From: Myxococcota bacterium | GTDB taxonomy: Bacteria; Myxococcota_A; UBA9160; UBA4427 | Length of the DNA stretch: 36,418 nt | Assembly: GCA_047619425.1 (NCBI GenBank) | Contig: JBLHOB010000001.1 | Span: 1 to 36,418, forward strand | Direction of reading: 5' to 3' | Shown here: one piece after another, positions 24,232 through 32,353 of the stretch | Numbering within the stretch: position 1 is the first letter of the stretch | Layout of the letters: every line of letters begins with the position of its first letter | The notes under the pieces: model-generated | The model's database searches: none | Told to the model about the DNA's origin: nothing | The model's input: only the letters and a program-made list of their open reading frames with translations | Made by a program: the position numbers and the translations under genes

Positions 24232-25551
24232 ATGTCGAACACACGGATCGATGCGCCAACGACGAGCAGCCAACCCGACCAACCTTCCGCCGCCTATCGA
24301 CGCTATGCACTTGGCCTCCTGACCCTCGTCTACATTACGAGCTTCGTCGACCGACAGATCCTGGCCGTGCTGCTCGAAGACATCAAAGGCGCGTTCGATG
24401 TCTCCGACACCTTTCTGGGTTTCCTATCGGGCTTCGCGTTTGCACTCTTCTACGCGACCCTCGGCATCCCGATCGCAATGTGGGCCGACCGCGGAAATCG
24501 CCGCAACATCATCTCGCTGGCGCTCGCGCTGTTCAGCATCATGACGGCACTTTGCGGCATGGCGCAAACCTTCACCCACTTACTCATTGCTCGTATTGGA
24601 GTCGGCGTTGGGGAAGCGGGCACCAGCCCTCCATCGCACTCAATTATCGCCGACTTATACGAGCCCAAAGACCGCGCAACCGCGATGGGGACGTACGCGA
24701 TCGGCGTGAACGTCGGCATCATGGTTGGCTTCTTCGCCGGAGGTTGGATCAACGAGTTGTATGGATGGCGCGCTGCGTTTATGGCCGTCGGCATACCGGG
24801 GCTCGTGATTGCAACCGTCGTCCGCCTGACCCTCAAGGAGCCCGTGCGCGGCGCATCGGAAGGGCGAGTACTTGTGACACCCACCGAAAAACCATCCGTC
24901 CTTTCGGCCGCCAAAACCTTCTGGAAGATCCGCACCATGCGGCACATCGCGTTTGGCGCCGCACTCAACGCCTTCGTGGGCTACGCGTCGATCACGTGGA
25001 TCCCGTCCTTCCTGAGCCGCTCCTACGGCATGTCGTCGGGAGATATCGGAACGTATCTGTCCCTGATCATCGGCATCGGCGGTGGCATCGGAACCTTCTT
25101 GGGCGGCTATTTCGCCGATGTCCTCGGCAAGCGCGATGTGCGCTGGAACCTCTGGTTGCCCGCATCGCTCATTCTCTTCGCCCTGCCCTTTTGCTGGGGA
25201 GTCTTTCTCGCCGACTCCTCCACGGCGTCACTCAGCTGGTACGTAGTCCCCGCGATGCTCGGCACGGTCTACCTCGGCCCGAGCCTCGCGTTGACCCAGT
25301 CCCTGGTGCCCCTCCACATGCGCACCGTCGCGAGCGCGATCTTGTTGTTCATCATCAATATCCTCGGCATGGGGCTCGGGCCGCAGACGGTCGGCATTAC
25401 AAGCGACCTCCTCGCAGACCGCTTCGGCGACGAGTCCATGCGCTACGCACTTTTCCTCTCGGTCTTCATGTACCTCTGGTCGGCGTTCCACTTCTACATG
25501 GCATCGCGCACCTTGAAGGAAGATCTGGCTTCCGTGAGCGATCGCGCCTGA
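24232..25551 (+). CDS. MFS transporter (spinster-like subfamily suspected)
   Basis: About 12 hydrophobic helices. The MFS loop motif is WADRGNRRNIISL, with LIARIGVGVGEAG following. Confidence 0.8.
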   Translation: MSNTRIDAPTTSSQPDQPSAAYRRYALGLLTLVYITSFVDRQILAVLLEDIKGAFDVSDTFLGFLSGFAFALFYATLGIPIAMWADRGNRRNIISLALALFSIMTALCGMAQTFTHLLIARIGVGVGEAGTSPPSHSIIADLYEPKDRATAMGTYAIGVNVGIMVGFFAGGWINELYGWRAAFMAVGIPGLVIATVVRLTLKEPVRGASEGRVLVTPTEKPSVLSAAKTFWKIRTMRHIAFGAALNAFVGYASITWIPSFLSRSYGMSSGDIGTYLSLIIGIGGGIGTFLGGYFADVLGKRDVRWNLWLPASLILFALPFCWGVFLADSSTASLSWYVVPAMLGTVYLGPSLALTQSLVPLHMRTVASAILLFIINILGMGLGPQTVGITSDLLADRFGDESMRYALFLSVFMYLWSAFHFYMASRTLKEDLASVSDRA

Positions 25552-25588
25552 CACAAGCGCCGCTTCGCAATCGCAGCAGAACACAAAA

Positions 25589-25642
25589 GGCCCGACGCAA
25601 GTTCAGTTTTGAAACCGAAGATCACGTCGGGCCATTTTATTT
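25589..25642. terminator. Bidirectional intrinsic terminator between the convergent MFS and amt genes
   Basis: A perfect 9-bp GC-rich stem GGCCCGACG (25589..25597) / CGTCGGGCC (25625..25633) has a partly self-pairing interior. It is flanked by ACACAAAA upstream and ATTTTATTT downstream, giving U-tracts in both orientations. Confidence 0.7.
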
Positions 25643-25701
25643 CGTCAGCCACAGCAGCTCACCAGTGGTGAGGCATGCGGCCAGTTCTTGCAACGAGCTT
25701 G

Positions 25702-27045
25702 CTAGTAGCGATACCCCGTCTCTTCGTGCAGTGCGAGATCGAGACCCTGGTTTTCTTCGTCTGCCGAAACCCGCAGGCCAACCATGGCCTCAGTGAGCTT
25801 GATCAGGATGTACGAAGCAATCGCTGTGTAGCCCGCGGTCAGTACGCCCGCGTAAAGCTGCATGCCCGTCTTACTCACGATGTCTACGTCGCCGAGGTTG
25901 CCGCCGAAGATTTCCGAGCAGAACACACCCGCCAAGACGACGCCGACGAACCCGCCAACACCGTGCACGCCAAAGACGTCGAGAGAGTCGTCATAGCCGA
26001 GCTTCGACTTGATCGTCGTCGAAGCGATGAAGCAGATGATCCCGGACGCGAGGCCAATTGCGACTCCGCCCACCGGGCCGATGAAGCCCGACGCCGGAGT
26101 TACGGCTGCGAGTCCTGCAATCGCGCCCGTGGCAAACCCGAGAACGCTGGGCTTGCCATGCTTCACCCATTCAATCGTCATCCACGTGAGCGCTGCAACA
26201 GCAGCTGAAATATGGGTGACCGTGATCGCCATCGCGGCGCCGCCGTTGGCGCCGAGCGCGCTGCCACCGTTGAAGCCAAACCAACCAACCCACAGCATCG
26301 CGGTGCCGGTGACCGTCATGGTCAGGTTATGCGGGATCATCGGGGACTTGCCGTAGCCATTGCGAGGGCCGACTACGATACATGCCACCAACGCACCAAC
26401 ACCCGCGGTGATGTGGACAACAATGCCGCCGGCGAAGTCGAGCACGCCGCGATCGGCGAAGTAAGCACCTGCGCCGCCCCAAGTCATGTGGCAGATCGGG
26501 AGGTAAACAACCACGAGCCAAAGCGTGGAGAAGATCAACATTGCCGAAAACTTCATTCGCTCGGCAAAGGCCCCAACCATGAGTGCCGGGGTGATGATCG
26601 CGAAGGTCATCTGGAATACGAAGAATAGAATCTCGGGGATGGTTCCCGAAAGGGATTCACCCGTAACACCGGCCAGGAAGGCTTTGTCGAAGCCGCCGAT
26701 GAAGGCATGTAGGCCCGCTTGGCCTTCCACCATGCCGGTCGTATCAAACGCCAGGCTGTAGCCAAACGCGAGCCATACAACGGTCACAACCCCCGTCAGT
26801 GCCATACACTGCATCAATACAGACAAGACGTTTTTGGTCTGAACCAGCCCGCCGTAGAAAAGTGCCAGGCCGGGTATGTTCATAAACAAAACCAGGGCCG
26901 TTGAGGTAAGGATCCAAGCCGTGTCGCCGGTGTCTAATACATCTTCTGCGAACGCAACTGCGGGAAGAAACAAGACTGCGAGTACGCCCAAGGCGCGAAG
27001 CGCGCGCCATGAATAGTCGCGTACGTGGTTTGGTTTCTTGGCCAT
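25702..27045 (-). CDS. amt: Ammonium transporter (Amt family)
   Basis: The ORF extends to 27291. The ATG at 27045 gives MAKKPNHVRDYSWRALRALGVLAVLFLPAVAFA (signal peptide) followed by DTGDTAWILTSTALVLFM, then FAGGIVVHITAG, GWFGFNGGSA and DDSLDVFGVHGVGG, which are classic Amt blocks. Confidence 0.9.
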   Translation of the reverse strand: MAKKPNHVRDYSWRALRALGVLAVLFLPAVAFAEDVLDTGDTAWILTSTALVLFMNIPGLALFYGGLVQTKNVLSVLMQCMALTGVVTVVWLAFGYSLAFDTTGMVEGQAGLHAFIGGFDKAFLAGVTGESLSGTIPEILFFVFQMTFAIITPALMVGAFAERMKFSAMLIFSTLWLVVVYLPICHMTWGGAGAYFADRGVLDFAGGIVVHITAGVGALVACIVVGPRNGYGKSPMIPHNLTMTVTGTAMLWVGWFGFNGGSALGANGGAAMAITVTHISAAVAALTWMTIEWVKHGKPSVLGFATGAIAGLAAVTPASGFIGPVGGVAIGLASGIICFIASTTIKSKLGYDDSLDVFGVHGVGGFVGVVLAGVFCSEIFGGNLGDVDIVSKTGMQLYAGVLTAGYTAIASYILIKLTEAMVGLRVSADEENQGLDLALHEETGYRY

Positions 27046-27398
27046 GATGGGGGGCAAAACTGTCTCCTCTTGGGATCTTTCTAAGATCGATCTTTTGAGC
27101 GGTCTGGTGAGCTGTCTTTCGAGCGGTTTTGAGGCTCTCGATCTCAAGACATCGAATGCAACGCGCCTCTCGGCACAAGCCGATAGCCGATCGATTTCTG
27201 CTGGCGCAGGATGCGCCATTTTGGGCAAATTTGGGACGAAGTGGGCAGGATTCTTCACAGAAATCGACGCATTCTTTTCAACACATCTCACATGAGCTGT
27301 GCATTTTTTCGCCCACTATCCCACCAACACCCAGACGATCAGACGCTACTCATTGAAGACATTGATTTTTTTGAACCCGCCCCACCCGAAGAGGCCAA

Positions 27399-28205
27399 AT
27401 GACGACACCCGAAACCAACGACTCACCGCTGCTCCTCACTCGCGATGGCCGCGTTGCAACCCTCACCCTCAACGATGCACCCATGAATCGCATGAGTCTC
27501 GACTTTATCGACAAGCTTGAGGTCTTGATGCCGGAACTCGACGCGGACCCAACCGTGGGCGCAGTCGTGATCACCGCCGCCGGGGATCAGAACTTTTCGG
27601 TCGGCATGAACCTCAAGCAACTGCCCTCCGGTATCAAGCAGAAGGGAAGTGCCGAAGCTGTGTTCGACCAACGCTTGCGCGTAATCGAGCACATCGAGAC
27701 CATGAGCAAGCCGGTCATCGCCGTGTTGTACGGCTACTGCCTGGGCGGTGGCCTCGAGTTGCCCCTCGGATGTCATTTCAGGCTCGCGGCCGAAGAGGGT
27801 GCCAAGATTGGCCTGCCGGAGATGGACCTCGGGACGGTGCCCGCATGGGGAGGCTCTGCCCGGCTCACCCAACTTGTCGGGCCCGCACATGCCCTCGACA
27901 TGATCTTGCGCGCCAAGAAGGTCAGCGGTCCCGAGGCACTACGCATCGGCCTCGTCAATGAAGTCTGGCCCAACGCGGAGCTTCAACAACGCGCCCAGGC
28001 CCTCGCCCACGAACTCGCCGCGATGCCCGCACTGGCGGTCGCTGAGATTCTACGCGCCATCACGGGTGTCGGGCGCGATGTACTGGCCGCTCGCATTGCA
28101 GCGGAACGCGCCGCCGTGAACGCCACCATGGGCACACAGGATCAACTCGAAGGCATGCGCGCTTTCATGGAAAAGCGTCCGCCTATTTTCAACGCGGACT
28201 CGTAA
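27399..28205 (+). CDS. Enoyl-CoA hydratase/isomerase (crotonase) family protein, second copy
   Basis: VATLTLNDAPMNRM...VVITAAGDQNFSVGMN...KPVIAVLYGYCLGGGLELPLGCHFR...EGMRAFMEKRPP. Confidence 0.85.
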   Translation: MTTPETNDSPLLLTRDGRVATLTLNDAPMNRMSLDFIDKLEVLMPELDADPTVGAVVITAAGDQNFSVGMNLKQLPSGIKQKGSAEAVFDQRLRVIEHIETMSKPVIAVLYGYCLGGGLELPLGCHFRLAAEEGAKIGLPEMDLGTVPAWGGSARLTQLVGPAHALDMILRAKKVSGPEALRIGLVNEVWPNAELQQRAQALAHELAAMPALAVAEILRAITGVGRDVLAARIAAERAAVNATMGTQDQLEGMRAFMEKRPPIFNADS

Positions 28206-28233
28206 CGCCCGCGCACGTTCGAATAAGTTGGCG

Positions 28234-29400
28234 CTAGCGACTGGCGCGCTCTTCGGGCGACAGGTGGTCCATCCCAAGTTCACTGCCGATCCCATAACGC
28301 ATGTCGCGGGTAAAGCCGTCGTCAATAGGGATGCCGGTCGAGTCCGCAATGCGGTCAACGACATTGAACATCGTAATGACCGCCGCAGCCTCGACCACGC
28401 CGTCTTTGCCCAATTGTTGCTCGAGTGCATCGCGTGTCTTCGCAATCGCGCTCGCATCTCGCGCCATCACCGCATCGGTAAACGCTAGAAGCTCAGCGCC
28501 ATGACTCACTCCTGAGTCAACGGTGCCGTCGTTCACTGCAGACAGATCGATCGTCGTACCGGCTATCCCACCGCTCGCACGGAGCAGGCTTGCGTGAGCA
28601 GTCGTTCAGTAAAAACACTCGTTGATCGCCGAGACCCGCGAAGCCACAAGTTCCATTTGCAAACGGTCGATCGCGCGGTCTGGCTCGACATACCCCGGGT
28701 TGCCCACATTCTCAATCGACATGTAGTGCGCCTGGGAGAGCGTGTTGAGCATCATTACTTCTGCGGGCACAAGGCTCAGCGCGCGTCCGATCTGTGGGAC
28801 GAACTCACGACCTTCATAGAGATTCGCGTAGTCTTCGCCACCCTCTTCTCCAGCGGGAATCTGCGGCACCCAGGCTCCATCGAGCCGCGCGCTCACCGGA
28901 CGTTGGCGCGACGGTGAGCCGGCAATTGGCTTAGGCAGCGGAAGAGCCCCGGTGCCAATCGCACGTCCGAATACGTCGAGCGCATTCGCAAGCACCGTGA
29001 CCGAGACGAGTTCGATGTAGTGCTCTTCGTCGAGCGATGTATTTGCGATGACACCTTCGTACCAACTGCGCGCGAGACGTCCGGGGTCGGTAACGATGCG
29101 GTGGATCACGTCGACGATGTCGGCGGCAAGAGTGCCGGGGCCGTCGTGAATTCCGTCGACCGAAAACGGCGAGAGCGCCGCTTTGCGTTCGGCGCAAAGG
29201 CTGCAGTCTCGCGACGCACGCGACTCGGTAGCAATCGCCACACGCTCTTCGCCGGTCCACCAGGTACCGCTCTTGGCAAAGCTCTCGAGCACTTCGTCCT
29301 GAGCAGTAACGATGCCGTCGCGAACCGGATAGTTCGACGCGCTGTAGTCGACTCTGGAAGTTTGGCTTTGTGTCACGGTGTACCTCGAGATTAGGGGCAT
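28234..29400 (-). CDS. AhpD/CMD-fold alkylhydroperoxidase-like protein with an in-frame TGA at 28606..28608. It is either a candidate selenoprotein (CxxU) or a nonsense pseudogene.
   Basis: Track ORFs 28606..29439 and 28234..28536 share one frame and are separated only by this TGA. The read-through gives ...SRVSAINECFY[TGA]TTAHASLLRASGG..., which fits the CMD signature N-x-C-x-Y-C-x-x-x-H with the TGA in place of the second Cys. The likely start is the ATG at 29400 (MPLISRYTV). Confidence 0.6.
28570..28602 (-). promoter_or_regulatory. Stem-loop 3 nt downstream of the in-frame TGA, a candidate bacterial SECIS element
   Basis: The minus strand reads TGA-ACG-ACTGCTCACGC-AAGCCTGCTCC-GTGCGAGCGGT. 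That is an 11-bp stem (8 Watson-Crick pairs, 2 G-U wobbles and 1 A-C mismatch) with an 11-nt apical loop. A G in the loop lies 16 nt after the TGA. Confidence 0.4.
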
Positions 29401-29416
29401 CTGCTTCGTTGTACTT

Positions 29417-29971
29417 CTATTCCACTTTAACCAGCACACGCCGCACCTTTGCGCGCTCTTCGCCGTCGATCCAAACCGTCATCGTTGAAATCATAGTGTC
29501 TAGATCGTCTGCAATCGTACGGCTCTCGTGAATTCTCGCGGCCTTGCCGCTTTTCAGCACGCGCTCGCGAAACATCTCCATGCCGCGGTCGGGGTGCCAA
29601 GTGAAGCGGTCCATCGATTCGTTGCCGAGGGCGTCGGTGGCGGGACGCGAAACGCCGTCTAGCTCAACGGTGCGCGTCACATTCTTGATCGGGTTCTCTT
29701 GAAAGATCCGCAGCCTCGGCTCGCAGCTATCGCACGACGCCGGCTCGACGGTAAGCGTGAGGTAGATCGAGATGACCCCCGACAGCCGCTTCAAAAACCA
29801 AGGAACTTCAAGCGCATCCATTGCGGGGTCGAACGACTCGGATTGATCCCAATCGAGAGCCCAGCGTCCGTTCAAGCGAGTGATGTCCTGGATCTTCCCG
29901 GCTTGCGCCAGCGTGGACGAAAGCACGACGGCAGTGAGCAATGCGGCGGCGATCTTCTGAACAATGGTCAT
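29417..29971 (-). CDS. Secreted protein of unknown function (184 aa, possibly lipocalin-like)
   Basis: Signal peptide MTIVQKIAAALLTAVVLSSTLAQA. It ends 16 nt upstream of the AhpD-like gene start, so the two are probably co-transcribed. Confidence 0.5.
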   Translation of the reverse strand: MTIVQKIAAALLTAVVLSSTLAQAGKIQDITRLNGRWALDWDQSESFDPAMDALEVPWFLKRLSGVISIYLTLTVEPASCDSCEPRLRIFQENPIKNVTRTVELDGVSRPATDALGNESMDRFTWHPDRGMEMFRERVLKSGKAARIHESRTIADDLDTMISTMTVWIDGEERAKVRRVLVKVE

Positions 29972-30184
29972 TTAGACAATCCAGCTCCGCCCAATGCGCG
30001 CAAAGACGCTCTCGGCCGTAAAGTGGTTCGGACGCGCACGTCGAGACAAGTCCGTTAGTGTTTGACCAACGGTAAGAAACCACGCGGAGTGTTTCAACGA
30101 ATTCACTTCGCCTCAATCGAGCGCCGCCCCGGCGCTCTGGCAGCCCATACGTGAGCCTGCACAAGAAAAAGAGAAAGGGTGGCA

Positions 30185-31099
30185 ATGCAAGGCAGCAAGA
30201 TCGCGGTCATCGGGATCGGCGCCATCGGCGGCTCGATCGCGGCCGACCTGGCAGACCTAAAACGACACGAACTCAGCCTTTGCTCAAGGACACCCTTCGA
30301 GTCTCTTGAGGTCACCCACCCGGGTGGTACGTCGATCACCAAAGGCTCGATGATCGACGACCCCAAGAGGGCTCAGCCTGCCGATTGGATCTTGCTCGCA
30401 ACCAAAGCGCATCAGAGCGAAAGTGCCCGGCCCTGGCTAGACGCTTTGTCGCATTCGGCCAGTGTTGTTGTCGTTCTACAAAATGGAGTCGACCACCAAG
30501 CGCGCATCGACCCCCTTGTCGGCAACGGCGTCGAGGTCTTGCCCTGTGTAGTCGGCTTGCCCGCCGAGAAAATAGCTCCCGGTAAGATCAAGCAGATGCA
30601 CAACGGCGGCTTGACGGTTCCAAGCGGCGCGACGGGCGATGCATTTGCAGCCCTGTTTGAAGGGAGCCGCACAAATATTACGGTCAGCGAAGAGTTCATC
30701 ACGCAGGCGTATTGGAAGCTTCTCAACAACGCGGCTCTTGGCGGCGTCTGTGCTTTGGCGCTGCGTGAGAACGGAGTCGCAAGTGATCCCGAGGTACGCG
30801 AGCTCGTCCTCAGTGCCATGGCCGAGGTCATGGCCGTCGGGCGGGCCGAAGGTGCCGACTTGCCGGACGATGCTCCCGAAAGAGCATTGCGACTCATGCT
30901 CAACGCCGTCCCCAACCACTGGTCATCGATCACGGTCGACCGCCGCGAAGGCCGTGCGATCGAATGGGAGGCGCGCAACGCCGTGGTGGGCAAGTTAGGG
31001 AGACGACACGGAATCGCGACACCGATCAATGACGTCTTCACCACGCTCCTGCGCGCCGCAGACGAGCGACTGGGCGACGACTCGCGCGACTGGGACTAA
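30185..31099 (+). CDS. 2-dehydropantoate 2-reductase (PanE/ApbA) family oxidoreductase
   Basis: MQGSKIAVIGIGAIGGSIAADLA is a Rossmann loop. Also ATKAHQ...VVVLQNG and a C-terminal helical domain (YWKLLNNAALGGVCAL). The start is the ATG at 30185 or the GTG at 30179. Confidence 0.7.
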   Translation: MQGSKIAVIGIGAIGGSIAADLADLKRHELSLCSRTPFESLEVTHPGGTSITKGSMIDDPKRAQPADWILLATKAHQSESARPWLDALSHSASVVVVLQNGVDHQARIDPLVGNGVEVLPCVVGLPAEKIAPGKIKQMHNGGLTVPSGATGDAFAALFEGSRTNITVSEEFITQAYWKLLNNAALGGVCALALRENGVASDPEVRELVLSAMAEVMAVGRAEGADLPDDAPERALRLMLNAVPNHWSSITVDRREGRAIEWEARNAVVGKLGRRHGIATPINDVFTTLLRAADERLGDDSRDWD

Positions 31100-32097
31100 C
31101 CGGTTTCGTGCTCGCCACCAGGCTCGCGCCGGGTAAGGCCACTGTAGGCGTCCATCGCGCGGCGCCCTTCATAGATCACGCCGTGTACCTCGCGTGAGAT
31201 CGGCAGGTCCACGTCATACTTCGCGCCCAACTCCATCACCACGCGACTCGTCTTCACACCTTCCGCGACCTGGTTCATGTCCCTGATGATCTCTTCGATC
31301 GACTTGCCGCGCCCGAGTTCTTCTCCCACAAAGCGGTTGCGACTCTGGCGGCTCGCGCAGGTCGCAATGAGGTCGCCAATCCCCGCTAGTCCTGCGAACG
31401 TCGCGGGTTGGCCACCCATCGCGACGCCCAGGCGCGTCAACTCGGCGAGGCCGCGAGTCATAACCGCTGCGCGCGTGTTGTCACCGACGCCGAGGCCATC
31501 GCCCATGCCGACCGCGATCGCGATGACATTTTTGAGTGCACCGGCGATTTCGCAGCCGACAACATCGGTGTTGGTATAGACGCGTAGCAAGCCCGAGTTG
31601 AAGACCGACTGCAATTGCCGCGCAACGTCTGCGTCTTCAAACGCAACAACGCTCGCAGCAGCAAAGCCCGCCATAATTTCCTTGGCCAGGTTCGGCCCGG
31701 TCAAGACGCCCGCGCGGTGCTCCGGGAGCATTTCGTTGATCACTTCGCTCATGCGAAGGTGCGAGTCCTGCTCGAGCCCTTTTGCGAGGCTAACGACCGG
31801 CACCCACGGGCGGATGTATTGGCGCACCTCAGTCAAAACCTCACGCATCCCGAGAGACGGAACACCGAGCACAACCACGTCGGCCTCGCGCACCGCTTCT
31901 TCTAATGAAGCAGTCGCGCGGAGCGCCGGCGCGATCTTGTAACCGGGCAGATATTTGTTGTTCGTGTGCTGTGAATTGATCTCGTCCGCAGTTTCCGCAC
32001 GTCGACACCAGATAATTGTCGGGGCGTTATCCGTCACCAAATGCGCAATCGTCGTACCAAACGAACCCGCGCCGAGCACCGAAACACGAAGCTTCAT
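31096..32097 (-). CDS. gpsA: NAD(P)H-dependent glycerol-3-phosphate dehydrogenase
   Basis: MKLRVSVLGAGSFGTTIAHLV...NNKYLPGYKI...LAKGLE...GPNLAKEI...NVIAIAVGMGDGLGVGDNTRAAVMTRGLAE...EGVKT. This is the GpsA signature throughout. Confidence 0.9.
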   Translation of the reverse strand: MKLRVSVLGAGSFGTTIAHLVTDNAPTIIWCRRAETADEINSQHTNNKYLPGYKIAPALRATASLEEAVREADVVVLGVPSLGMREVLTEVRQYIRPWVPVVSLAKGLEQDSHLRMSEVINEMLPEHRAGVLTGPNLAKEIMAGFAAASVVAFEDADVARQLQSVFNSGLLRVYTNTDVVGCEIAGALKNVIAIAVGMGDGLGVGDNTRAAVMTRGLAELTRLGVAMGGQPATFAGLAGIGDLIATCASRQSRNRFVGEELGRGKSIEEIIRDMNQVAEGVKTSRVVMELGAKYDVDLPISREVHGVIYEGRRAMDAYSGLTRREPGGEHETG

Positions 32098-32353
32098 CGA
32101 CTACCTCTTTATACTATCAGGCGGACTGCAACCGCTCGCGAGGAGCACCCCGCCGACACACCGAGCCCACATCGGACCCGGCAGAACGAAACATGATTAT
32201 GCAACGAGCGATTCGAATCTCCAAGGCGGCAATCCCCGACGCCTTTCGTCCATTTCGAGTCGCCGCTGTTGGTCGCAGTGCCTAGACTCGCGCCTCGCAC
32301 CTTCCCACCACTGGAGCCCAACGAACCGTGTCATCTCCCGATCGCAAGCTGTC

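Noticed and set aside
25658-25672. Perfect 15-nt palindrome CTCACCA-G-TGGTGAG about 30 nt downstream of the amt stop
   Set aside because: A 1-nt loop cannot fold as a hairpin, so it would have to be a protein-binding site. It lies between two convergent 3' ends where no regulation is expected. It is plausibly chance or part of the terminator region.
24480-25796. 438-aa same-strand alternate-frame ORF inside the MFS gene, running past its stop
   Set aside because: The translation is extremely Arg/His/Pro-rich (RRRLDQRVVWMARCVYGRRHTGARD...) with no motifs. The MFS frame has the expected 12 hydrophobic helices. Long stop-free alternate frames are expected in GC-rich DNA. An overlapping gene cannot be excluded but nothing supports one.
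27046-27291. 82-codon N-terminal extension of the amt ORF (GTG at 27291)
   Set aside because: The extension has no hydrophobic or conserved content. The internal ATG at 27045 gives a textbook Amt signal peptide followed directly by the conserved DTAW block.
31955-32353. 5' extension of the patatin ORF back to 31955
   Set aside because: It would overlap the gpsA coding region (31096..32097) on the other strand by more than 140 nt. It also adds non-conserved, Arg/Ser-rich sequence.
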